A stretch of 62,779 nucleotides of DNA, filler included, from Sphacelaria rigidula (lineage: Eukaryota): assembly GCA_964200075.2 (NCBI GenBank). It is 11 parts of 11 records of this genome, joined end to end, with 100 filler letters (N's around TTAATTAATTAA, not from the genome) between each part and the next. Parts side by side here need not be neighbours in the genome. Positions count along the whole stretch, not along the records: positions 34,300 to 39,915 come from CAXNAA020025828.1; positions 40,016 to 45,631 come from CAXNAA020025829.1; positions 45,732 to 51,347 come from CAXNAA020025830.1; 8 more parts are not named here. One strand, given 5' to 3'. The position numbers were made by a program, and so were the translations under genes. Position 1 is the stretch's first letter. Every line of letters begins with the position of its first letter. The notes beneath the pieces were generated by a model that had not been told where the DNA came from, did no database searches, and was given only the letters and a program-made list of their open reading frames with translations. Below, in pieces: positions 38,985 to 50,227 of the stretch.

Positions 38985-39915
38985 AGCCACTCTCAATCAG
39001 CATTCTACTCGCAATCTCACGAAAACGTTGTAGTGGATTTCTTGACCAGGTCGGGCAAAACACTAATTTCAAGACTTTCCACTGAGGTTGACTGTTGAAA
39101 TGACGTTCATCTCCAAAACAACTGTGATTTCCCCTACCTGGTCATGACAAATGATTTTTATGTGGAGGACCTCATGCCCTTGTTCGACCCCCGAAACTAC
39201 TTTCGGGAGTTTCCATCTTCCGTTCCCCGAAAGGGTATGTACGTGCGAAAGCGCCTTTTTCGGGCAAAAAAGGGTGTTTTCGTCCGACCCTTTTGGGGGA
39301 ACGAAGGACGGAAAGCTCTCCGGGGTTTCAGGGCGGAGGTCGGGGGGCAGGAGGTCGTCCATATGAACGTCATTTGTTGTCATGACTTTAGGTCAGAGAA
39401 ATCACTGTTTTGGAGTTGAACTTCATCTTAATTTTCATCTTCATTTTTCAGGATCCTCTTTTCACTAGGTACAGATTTCTCCGAAATTCTACAGGCTGTC
39501 CGGTAGCAAACCCCCATTCGCTTTTCACACCACGACTTGTGAAGTTTTCCGAAATAGCGCGACTTGAGCATATCGCTGTTAACTGCAGACCAACCTGGTA
39601 ACACGCGGCACCGCCGCTAAATGAAGAAATGAAATTGTACTGCATGATAGATGACCTAAACGACGGAACGAAAAAAGGAGAGTCTGTCGGGATTCGAACT
39701 CATGACCTCCATGACTAGAGTCTCCTGTTTCGCTTGGATGAAACGAGCGCGGCTGTGTCACATGAAAAGTGCGATGCAGCGCCAAATTTTTGAGGTATTC
39801 AAAGCCGGAACTTCAACAGGATCTCCTGGACGCGAGTGCCCACAGCAAACAGTGTTTTCGTGAGATTGAGAGTAGATGATACGATTGAGAGTGAAAAGCG
39901 GTCAATCAGTGAATG
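38985..39915. mobile_element. Degenerate element with subterminal inverted repeats; related end at 23205-23265
   Basis: ACTCTCAATC...CAATCTCACGAAAAC near 38990 is the inverse of GTTTTCGTGAGATTGAGAGT...GATTGAGAGT near 39855. Confidence 0.5.
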
Positions 39916-40424
39916 NNNNNNNNNNNNNNNNNNNNNNNNNNNNNNNNNNNNNNNNNNNNTTAATTAATTAANNNNNNNNNNNNNNNNNNNNNNNNNNNNN
40001 NNNNNNNNNNNNNNNTTTTTCCGGTTTTTCTTTTTTTTTTTTGCCCGATGGCCCCCTTTCCTTTTTCCAGAAAAAGTAATAATAAAGGGTTGTGACCACC
40101 CCCCCCCCCCCCCCCCCCCCTCAAATAAAAACGGTCTGTCTGTTTAGCGTCCATCACAGGATGGTTAACCGCGAAAGTAGTGGAGCGAACCAGGGTCCGA
40201 ATCACGGTCTCGTGAAAAAAGAGTTGACTATGATTCCGGCGTTCAAAGGGTTTACCCCCCCCACACATATACACGCATACCCTTCCCCCTCTTCAGGAGT
40301 AGGAACGGTACTCCGTCTCGAAAGGTACGCGTGGTGAATGGTCAAGTGACTAAGGCAACAATTGAGTACTCCTCACCTTCCCCCTCCCCCGCCCTTCCCC
40401 ACCCTAATATCGCATATATATCAG

Positions 40425-43400
40425 GTCGCCCGCCACGGAAGAAAACCTCCGAAGATGCAGGAGGGGCGACGAGCGTGCGTCCGTCGCCACGTAAGCCGTC
40501 AACTTCGGCCACTCCGGCCGTTTTGGCGGCGTTGCAACCTCGTCCCGCTAGCCAAACGCCTTCTGTTGTTATTGCGGCGGCGGCGACGGTTGCCTCCACC
40601 GCCCAAGCAACGTCGAATACGAGTGATACTGCGTCGTCCTCTCCGATTCCCGCCACGCCATGTGTCGGCATCGATCCCCAGTATATTGCAGGCGCCGACG
40701 GCACATCCGCGGGTGCTAGTAACAATAGTGCTTGTGATGCCGCCAGCGCCACTCCCGCAGCTGTTGCTACCGGAAGTATGACAGCTGTGGACCACAGCCG
40801 CGCCGGTGGGGAGGCGAGCGATAGTCACTCGAAAGCTACCTCCGACGTGGACGTGAAGTCTTACGGCAAAAGTAAAGCTGTCAACCCTCAAACTCCTTGC
40901 GGCGCGGGAGTCGGCGCCGGCAACTCGATGCCCGGCGGTGTTTTCCAGTCTCGGCGCGAGCGCGACCGGTACCGCTGCCACGGAGACGCCACGGCTGGAA
41001 CGGCGGGGATCGACGCGGACGAGGGCAGCAGTGGCGAAGGAGAGGACGGTGACGGAGACGGAGACGAGTCCGACGAAGGAGGGGGGCACGAGAATGCCCA
41101 GCAAACCCACGGTAACAGCAGCAACAGGGGCCGCCGTCCGAGTGGCGGTGATGGTGGCTCGGCCGACGGCGGGAGCAGTGAGGGGCGAAAGGGCGGCGGC
41201 GGGAGGCGCGGCAGGCGATGCAGTTCGAGCGTCGAATCGGAGGATAGTTATGCCGAACAGCGGCCGGTGCCGCATCGGACCCCAGATAGAAGGCTACGCG
41301 CCGCAGGGTGTTCGCCTGCCGGGTGAGAGACGAGGATGAACGATAGCTTGGAAACGTTTGCCGCTGATGTTTTATTATAGCATGTGTTCATCCACCCTTG
41401 ATCGCAACATCGTTGAGCTCATGTTGGTGACTGCACGGTACAAGATATCGTACATGATGATGATCGCGTTCACGTGGCCGGAGTAAGGAATACACGGTAT
41501 ACTCTCATGGTGTTCGTGCATGGCAATCCCACTTTCGTGACTTGCATATCGGTAACTGCTCTCCTGCACCCGTTTCCACCGTTGCCGTTGGTGAGCAGGG
41601 TGATGACTGGGTTGAGCAAACGAATCGACAACGTAAGCTTTAAAGAACGCGGGGGCGCGTCACCCGGCATGCAGCGGTTCTTCGCCAACAAAAACACCAC
41701 TATTCTTCCAAATTCGACTCTAGACGGTGAGCGTCCGTGTTGAAGGCCAACTGCTCGTGCACTGCTTGCTGTGTTCGTCATAACTACCCATGACTCAAGA
41801 CACCATTTCACAGCGTTGCGGAGCATCTAGTCAAATAGTAACTTGAACGCATTCAAAAGTTTTATTCTTACCACCGTCGATCAACAGTTTTTTTTTAGTT
41901 CATGCCCCTAGTTGTTAGCCTGGTCCGGCGAAAACCCGATGTGCTCCGTCTGGGCTTTGTAGGGATGCAAGGTCAACGTTGATATGACTACGGCATGCAA
42001 TATCATGAGTACCTCCCCCCCCCCCCATCATCCCCCCTCGTCCCCAATTGTTGACGGTTTAGCATCTCACCCCCCATCCCCGCCACCCTGCCTCCCCCTC
42101 GACCCACTCCCAAATATCCTATGCAGAGACACACTCTCCAGGTTCCGCTTTGCCAGGGTCTGTTGCGGATGTCACGTTGCCCGCGTGGGACACACCCGCG
42201 AGTTCCAAGCGACCCCGCTCCTCCACCAAGTCGAACGCGCACGGCGGTACCGGCGGTACCGGCGGAGGGCTCGCCGCCGACAGCCCTGAAGACGACGGTT
42301 CGATAACTCCCACCTGGGGAGGTAGGCACGAGGGCCAGTCCCCCGCGCTGTCTGCCATCGCAAGCATCTCGCCCGATCTGGCGTACTCGGGATCCCCTTA
42401 CCACATGGAATCCGGAGGGCTGTACACGCCGAATGGCGGGAAGCGGGGGGGGCGGCGGGGCAATGGCGGGTTTACGGGTGAGAGCCACGAAGAGGATATG
42501 ATGGATATCAGCTCAGCCGCACGTGATCTTCGCGAGCTTAGTCAGCTTAGCGTCGGTACCGAGGAGAAGTGCGGACCTGGCGGGGGCCGCGCGACGTCAT
42601 CCGGGAGGATGAGGTCAGGCGGGTTGAAGGCCGGCCGAAGCAAGGGTACGTGTTATGATCCGAGGAGATGGGGGGGGGGAGTGCGGTGTGGTGAGGTGTG
42701 ATTGGCTGATGAGCTTGGTCGTGTTTGTGTGTTAACCAGATACCTGATGCACAGCACGTGCGCGTGATGTATAGAGAGGTTATATTGTGGCTATATATGG
42801 TACAGCTATAATGGTGTTCAGTCTAGTGTTTTGGTGATACCCGCTCGTGAGAACTACTTTTTTCTTCTTCACTGTGGTGACTTTTGTCATCGCCGTCGTA
42901 ATATGCTCTCCGGTCTGCGTTTTTTTTTTTTTGTCATCTGGCAGGCTATTCAAGGTCTCCTAGCGCGAATCAGACCACCACCAATCGGATGTTCGGATCT
43001 GGGGGTTCGGTAATGGACAGCCCGCTCGGCTCCCCTTCGTACCATATGATGGCCGGCTGCGAGAGCGATGGTGAGCCTCTCACAATGTATACGTATTTTT
43101 GTTCAATTTTGTTGGCTCCGTTCGTGGATCTTGTCTTTCCGGGAACACCCCCGTGATCCTTCGATGGTCACCCCCGCACTGTTGTAGTGCTCTTCATTGC
43201 TCCTCGTCCTTGAATTGGTTTGCCCCACATCATTTGCATACATATTTCTTCATGTTTTTCTCGAGTACCGTGAGGCCGCTTCTTAAAGACAGGAAAAAAA
43301 TCTGTGTGAGAACTGCCCTTTTGAACCTTTCACCTCGGATTATTGGCGGAATACGGGCCTTGGCGGATTTGGTCCCCTCGGAAAGATTTGCTCTATTTTC

Positions 43401-45351
43401 ACGAGGATCCATCGCACTTGTCCGGTCTTCAGTACTCCCAGTTTTACTCCTGGCTATATTCTGAATTTTTTCGACCACCTGAAAAAACTTTGAGTTGTCG
43501 GCAAAAAGTACGTATTTTTCCCGACAACTGGACAATTTTCGCGGCGACTGAAAAAATCCAGGAGGCGGCCAAGGGTAAAACTGGGAGTACGAAAGATCGG
43601 ACAAGTGCGATGGAATCCTCGTGAAAAATAGAGCAAATCTTTCCGAGGGGCCCAAATCTGCCAAAGCCCGTATTCCGCCAATAATCCGAGGTGAAGGGTT
43701 CAAAAGGGCAGTTCTCAAGACAGATTTGTTTTCAGTCCATAAGAAGCGGCCTGATGTCAATGTTCTCATTTGAATGGAAGGGTTTTGTGTATTGCATGGA
43801 AGGAACGAGATGAGCGCCCAAATGTTGGAGAGGTGTCACTATGATGAGCAGGAACGATGCTCTGTCTCGAAAGGGATGCGTGGTCAATGGTCAAACGACT
43901 GAGGCAAGCAACAAATGGGTACGCCTCCCTCCTCCCCCTCCCCTCCCATTCCTTCCGCCTCTAACAGCCCCTGTGAGATCCTTGGATCGGCCCGCATCAT
44001 TCGTATACAAGCTTCTTTTTTCAAAATATTCCCCTTTTAAACTACACTGTCATGTCGTGCTCCTTTATGCTCAACAACCGCCTGCTCCGGCGCGCGCTCC
44101 CCCCTCCCCCGCAAATCGCCACGGACGCTCTCTTCCGCAAAAAAACAACGCAAATCATCAACCGACACCACAACCACAACCGTCATGAAGACGATGGTCT
44201 CGTTAGCGACAATGAGCACTCGATACTCTCCAAGCGGAAGCTGGATGAACAGCTGGTGGACACGCCTTCCTCCCGCAGCAGCGGGGGCGACATCGACAGA
44301 TTTTTCGCGTCCGGCTCGCCGATCGGTCACCCCGGCGCGACCGGCGGTAGTGGCGGGTACAAGGCTCGTGATATGGCAGCGCGAGCCGGCGGCGGCTGTG
44401 CGTTGACGCCGGTGATCAAGCGCCGCGCGATCCTCAGGGGTGACCGAACGCCCATTGATGGGGATTCTGGGTATGTCGGACTGGATGCGGAGGAAGGGGC
44501 AGCAGCAGCCGCCGCGTCGGCCCTTCTCGCTGTGCGCTCTTCCGAGGGTCCGAAGCGGTGAGAATATTGTTGTTGTTGTTGATAGTAGTAGGAAGAGGAG
44601 TGGAAGTAGTGGTGGTGGTGAGTGTATAAGGGTGTGGGTGGGTCGGGTGGGTAGGTGGGTGAGACAGTTGGCGAACGGGTTGATCATTATCCAGTTTTCT
44701 CCCCCTTTTCCGCGCGTTGTATTTGTTGTGCTTTTGCGGTTGCTCGCTTTTTTCATCTGCTGAGTTGGTTGTGACGAATTGTAATTTCGGTTCACGTGTG
44801 AGGTGTCGAGCGTGTTTTGTCAGTCATTTGTTCTTGGATTAGTGTATGTTTGTACGTACTAGACGCATGTACGTATGTAGGCGCGTATGTAGACACATGT
44901 AGTATGCACGAACGTGTATATAGTGAACACATGTATATTATGTAATGTGGGAACCACCACATGGAAGGGACAAATTTCCACGAGTCTGTCCAGGAATTAC
45001 CTTTTCACAGTAACGTTTTTTATAGTTTCTTCTTCATATTTGCCGAGTGAATGTCCCCTGAATCAACACACGCCCGCGTTTCTTGTTTATGCGCCATATG
45101 TATGTACATGATCCTTTTGCACCCTATACCCCCCTTCATGCCAGCATGAGTCTTTAGTAATCGTCTCGTATCACTCAAAGTTCCACCTTTCCCTGTCCCG
45201 TTCTTGTTTCCTTGCGATTTTTTTTTTTTCGTGCAGGACCGGGGGAGTCGGCCGCGACGTGGGATCTCCTCCCGCTCCGGCCAACATGTCCCTTGTCGAC
45301 TTTTGTCGGTCCAGTCCCGCCACTACTCTTATTTCCCAGAGTTTTCACTAG
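40425..45351 (+). CDS. 3' exons of a low-complexity SP/TP-rich, probably nuclear protein (40425-41322, 42127-42645, 42945-43070, 44191-44557, 45237-45351)
   Basis: GC-rich open frames bounded by AG/GT. The last three junctions are phase-consistent and end at TAG 45349-45351. The first junction is not phase-matched. Basic NLS-like motifs GRPPRKK, SKRPR, KRKL. Confidence 0.7.
43274..43751. mobile_element. Fold-back PIF/Harbinger (Tourist-like) MITE; an almost fully palindromic 478 bp
   Basis: TGA|GGCCGCTTCTTA ... TAAGAAGCGGCC|TGA: 3-bp TSD, and the arms pair nearly to the centre (AAAAGTACGTATTTTT). Confidence 0.9.
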
Positions 45352-45588
45352 AGAATGACGTACTTGAATGCTCCAGGGGTTACGCGTGAGGAAGGATACG
45401 GGAGGGTATGGGACAGTCATTTTTCCTTCCCCAAAGTCTTCCTCTTTTATCTCCCCCGCCCCCTTCGAGGTCTCCGTCTCGAGAGAGGTGCGTGGTCAAT
45501 GGTCGAACGACTAAGGCAAGCAACAAATGAGTACGCCCCCCGCTTCGAGGTCAATGGTCTTGTGACTACGGCATGCATAATCATGAGT

Positions 45589-45621
<33 letters not shown>

Positions 45622-45850
45622 CTCTCGTCTCNNNNNNNNNNNNNNNNNNNNNNNNNNNNNNNNNNNNNNNNNNNNTTAATTAATTAANNNNNNNNNNNNN
45701 NNNNNNNNNNNNNNNNNNNNNNNNNNNNNNNCCGGCGTGCTCCGTCTCGGCTTTGTAGGGATGCGAGGTCAATGATCTGATAACTATGGCATGCATGATC
45801 ATGAGTACACCCCCCTCCCCTCCGCCCCACCATGACACATTGGGATGTAC

Positions 45851-46055
45851 CTGCCGCTGTTCGCCCATCATGTTCCAGACCGAAAACGGCGGCGGAATGA
45901 CGAACGTCCGTCCAGTAGCCGCCGCAAACGCTACGGCGGACTCCAAGGACATGCGGATGTTGTTGAAGCCGCCGAGATCTTTGTCAACCGTCACGTATCT
46001 TACGTCCTCCAGCTTCGAATTTTCCCGGAGGTACGGTCCGCGGTACTCCGCATCT
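45851..46055 (-). CDS. Exon of a GDP-fucose O-fucosyltransferase-like glycosyltransferase (catalytic domain start)
   Basis: YVTVDKDLGGFNNIRMSLESAVAFAAATGRTFVIPP matches the O-FucT family GGxNN...A...RTLVLP motif. Canonical splice sites, in phase with the upstream giant exon. Confidence 0.85.
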
Positions 46056-46440
46056 CTGAAGAGAGCACACAAGGCACACATGAAGAATTGAGGCGAGGGG
46101 GGGGCTTCAACGGAATGCTTAGCAGCCGCCCCTCCCGAAGTCGTCAACGCCGAGCTGACTCGGCAAAGATGACGATATACGTAATTACGGCTCAGGCCTC
46201 TTGGTTGGTAAAAACGCCTTGAGCACTCGCGGTGGAAGAGAGCGATTTCCTCGCAAGGTTGGTGTTTTCCGTGGGGTTTGCAAAATACGTGCAAACGCCG
46301 ATAAGCTACCACGAAAACTGTCGCTTTTACATGAAGAGATCCGTGGCAACGCCTGTGTGGCGGTATACGCGCTGAACTTCCCTTCGCACACCACTATCAC
46401 AAAAAAAACTGTATTTTCTACATCTTACCCCCACCCGGTT

Positions 46441-46800
46441 GCCCCGGTGGCTCAGTTGGTAACCTCAAAACCTTTTGACGGTTGGGTCGTGGGTTCCAAT
46501 CTCGGTGCAGTCACACGATCTGGGATTTTTTCTCACACAATGTCCAACAGTGGAGAGCGACCATGTCGTGGGTACACAGAAATTCGACGTCACGGTCGAC
46601 GAGGGAAAGGAACCGCTGAACCCCTCTCGCGATAAAAAATAAGCACCGCAGAAGGAAGGTGGAGTACTGAAACAAAAGAAAAATGAAAAAGCTCCTGTGT
46701 TGGCCGTCCTTCTGTGTGACCCCGGCTGATGCGCCCACATATACCGTAAGGTGTAGACTGGCGTCCAGAATAAATGGGATGGCAACACACACAACTAGAC
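46441..46800 (+). mobile_element. Full-length tRNA-derived SINE
   Basis: A box TGGCTCAGTTGG (46448-46459), B box GGTTCCAATCTC (46492-46503), body shared with 5940 and 30040, (CA)-rich tail. Confidence 0.85.
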
Positions 46801-47494
46801 AGAAGACACTCACAGAAGCCATGAATCCTTTTGGTACTGGCAATGGAAAAGTGCTGATTTTGATGTGCTGTTTTTTCAACAACATATCGTTGATTGATTG
46901 CCCAAGGCGTGCTTTTCAGACCCGCGATCGCTTCCAACTGGCGGTGAATCGGGTAAATACTGTATCGCACCTCAATCCTTCCACGTGCGTGAGGGGATTT
47001 CTGTGTGCTCGGCCATACTACTTTGCTTCTGCAATGCGGCTTAGCACGCGAGCCAAGTGTTGGGCGGGTACGACCTCCGGACTGCAGCACAACAGTACTC
47101 CGGTGGGGTGCGTCACCTATATAAATGTGTGCCGCAGTGCCACACGGGACTAAACATATAGACAATATAGAGGTGGTGCTGGTTTTTGCTGTGTGCACAA
47201 AGTTGAACAAACTTGACCCGTTGCGTCCCCTCGTTCGATAAAACTAATTCGACCGCACCGGGGCGAAATTTTTGGTGCGAGCATAACGTATGTCGGTGGA
47301 TTCTTCTGTGGCCTCCCGCCGTAAAAACGGTTGTTGTCGGCATTTTCCCCCCAAAACTTTTCTTCTCTGTAAGCGCTTGAAATAATGAGGCGTCTGGACG
47401 GGAGAGTTTCCCAAGGGTCAATCTCGATCGTGTCTGATGTCTACCGAACTACTTGGGAGAAAATCTGCACACGACTCAGCAAAAACTCTCTCAC

Positions 47495-50227
47495 CCCGGC
47501 ACGTCCTTCCACGTGGCAATATTCACAATCGCGCCGACACCCGCACCCTTTGTTGTCATCCCGCACTCCATAGCCCCCTGCACAGCCCCATTCGTGGGCA
47601 ATCCCTCATTTTCGTTTCCTCCCTCCTCTACGGTTGCCGTCCCCTCCTTGCCCACAGGATTTGATCGAAGCTCCCCGTGTACCTCAGGATTGCTGGCCTG
47701 TCCTTCGCGAACGTCATCTTGTACCTGATCGCTCCCACCGTCGCCCACCCCCCCGCCCTCGCGTGCACTCTCAACCGCTCCCTGTTGCGTCGGTCCCGTT
47801 TTTACCTCGTCACCCTTAGTCTCGACCTCGCGTCCCGCCTGGCCCGCCTCGCCGAATGCCTCTCCCTCCTCCACGGGTGAAATGTTCTCTTCAACGGCTC
47901 CGTTCTCTTCTTTCTCGGCCTCTCCGTGCTGCCACTCCCACCCACCCTGGACTTGCGTGGCAGCGGCCTCGCCGTCCACCTTCTGACCGTCAACACTACC
48001 CTTGCTCTCTTGTACTTGTGCCATAACAATCTTCACTTCCTCTGGCTTGGCCTCGCCAGACGCCTTTTTCACCTCCACGGGTGAGTTGTTCCCCTCACCG
48101 GCTCCGTTCTCTTCTTTCTCACCCTCTCCGTTCTTCCACTCCCACCCATTCTCGACTTGCGTGGCAGCGGCCTCGCCAGACGCCTTTTTCACCTCGACGG
48201 GTGAGTTGTTCTCCTCACCGGCTCCGTTCTCTTCTTTCTCACCCTCTCCGTTCTTCCACTCCCACCCATTCTCGACTTGCGTGGCAGCGGCCTCGCCGTC
48301 TGCCCACTGACCGTCAACAGCACCCGTGGGTTCTCGTGACGGTGCCTGGCCAACATCTGCTTCCTCTGGCCTTGCTTGGCCAGACGTCCCCCCCCCGTCC
48401 ACGATTGTATGCTCCTTCTCTCCGGCTCCGTTTTCCCCCTCCCCGCCGTCCCCGTTCTTCCACTCCCACCCATCCTCGAATTGCGCATCAGCGGCCTCGC
48501 CGTCCACCTGCTGACCGTCAACAGTACTCTTGCTTTTTTTCACCTGCGTCTGGTCAACGTCGGCTTCTTCCCCGGCCTCGCCAGCAGCTTTCCCCCCGTC
48601 CACGGGTGCATACTTTTCCTCTTCGGCTCCCTCCTCTCCTTCCCCGTCCTCTCCTTTCCAATCCCACCCACCGTCCTCAACCTGCGTTGCAATGGCCGAA
48701 CCTCCCGCTGGCTCTCCGCCAACATCGACTGTGCCCTCTTGCAACTGAGTCTGATCACCCGCAGCCGCCGCCTCGACCTCCTTTTTTTCTCGCCCAGCCT
48801 CGTCAGACGCCTCCGCCCCATCCGCGGGTGCATTAATCTCCTCTTCAGCTCCGGTTCGGCCTTCCTCTTCTTCCACTTCCCATTTCCACCCACCCTCGAC
48901 CGGCGCACCTGCGTTCCCGCCTTCTTGTTCCGCGTCAGCATTACTCGCGCGCTCTTGCGGTTGTGACTGGACACTCGCAGTAGCCGCCTCAGCTTCTCCT
49001 GTACTCTGCTCGCCCTCGTTGTTATTATCCACTTCCTGCCCCCCCTCCGCCTTCATCTCCTCACCGTTTTCCTTCTCCCAGTCCCACCCCGCATTGCCTC
49101 CCGCTCGGTTCCCCTCCCCGTTCCCAGCTTCAGCGGCCGGTTCCAATTCCACGCGGGACTCAGCAGGATGAAGAAGGTTGTAGTTCGGCACTTCTTTATT
49201 CTCAGCGACCTTGATATCCCCTACCTCCCGCTCATGCGGGACACCAGGAACAAGGCCGGCACCATTAGCAGATGCAGGAAATATCTTAACGTCCTGCTCT
49301 TCATTCTCGCCGTTCGAACCTTGGGAAGTTTGCTCCTCTTCCTTGCCGTTCGTAGCACCGGAAGCAGCAGCGTCGGCCATCACACTAGATCCGCTGCTTC
49401 CCGCCACCACCCCCGGCGCGGCATCACCTCCATGCACAGAGGCCTCCCGCGTGTTGTTCTGCTCCATGCCCGGAAAATCTTGGAAAATATCGGGCGGCTG
49501 ACGTAGCTCAGTCCCCGACTCCGTCCGCTCTTCAAGCCTTTCGTTATGTTCGCCAGCTGGTGACCCCGAACCCGTGACGGATTGCTGCTCTTGGTCTCTC
49601 TCCGCAGTCATGGGCACTTCAAAAACAGCAGATTTCCCCTCCTCTCTCGCGCCTTCCCCAACCTCTTGCTCTGCTGATGGGTCCTGGTCTCTTGTCTGTG
49701 TTTGCTCGCCTTGCTGGACCGCAAGTGGGCCATCCTCCTCCCCAACCCCAACCCCAACCCCAAGCCCGCCACCGTCACCGGCGACGCCCGCATCGGCGTC
49801 TTTCTCCAAGCCCGCCGGATCAGTTTCGCCCATGGTGCCCTCTTTCAACGGGTCCGGTTCCAGCCCGCCCAGGGTTTCCGTTTCCTTTTGGTTCGTCTGA
49901 TCGTCGTCCCAGCTTTCTTGGATACCGCCTTCTCCAGGTTCAACAGCAGCAATGCCGCCCTCGCCTTCGGCGTTTTCCACTTTCGGTTTTTTTTCACGCC
50001 CTTCGGTGTTATGCTGTTCATCCTGCTCTTTGGTTTCTCCGCCCTCTTCGGAAATGTCGCCGACAGATGCCCATACTAAGTCTGATTGCTTTAGCTCTTC
50101 TCGTTGCTCAGCTTGTGTAGCCTTCCCCTGCACAACCTCGGCTGCTCCTGCTGCGGCAAAATCGTTGGAGTCGCGCAGTTGCACGTGCTCCAACGGTTTA
50201 CTTTCCGTCGTGGAGTTATCGGAAACT
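47495..50227 (-). CDS. 2.7-kb exon encoding an acidic Glu/Gly-rich repeat region with seven GW(D/E/K)W motifs, spliced to the O-FucT-like exon
   Basis: 914-codon ORF, CAG| acceptor at 50230-50228, GG|GTGAGA donor. GG+A joins in frame to give ...ATWKDVPGDAEYRGPY... Confidence 0.88.

Noticed and set aside
46441..46515. tRNA gene
   Set aside because: A and B boxes are present, but there is no good acceptor stem or anticodon arm and it runs into a repeated SINE body.
34432..50227. RNA-silencing gene cluster (RNase III-like gene, hairpin, GW-repeat protein)
   Set aside because: The three items are on different, unlinked scaffolds, and the GW repeats belong to a glycosyltransferase-like gene.
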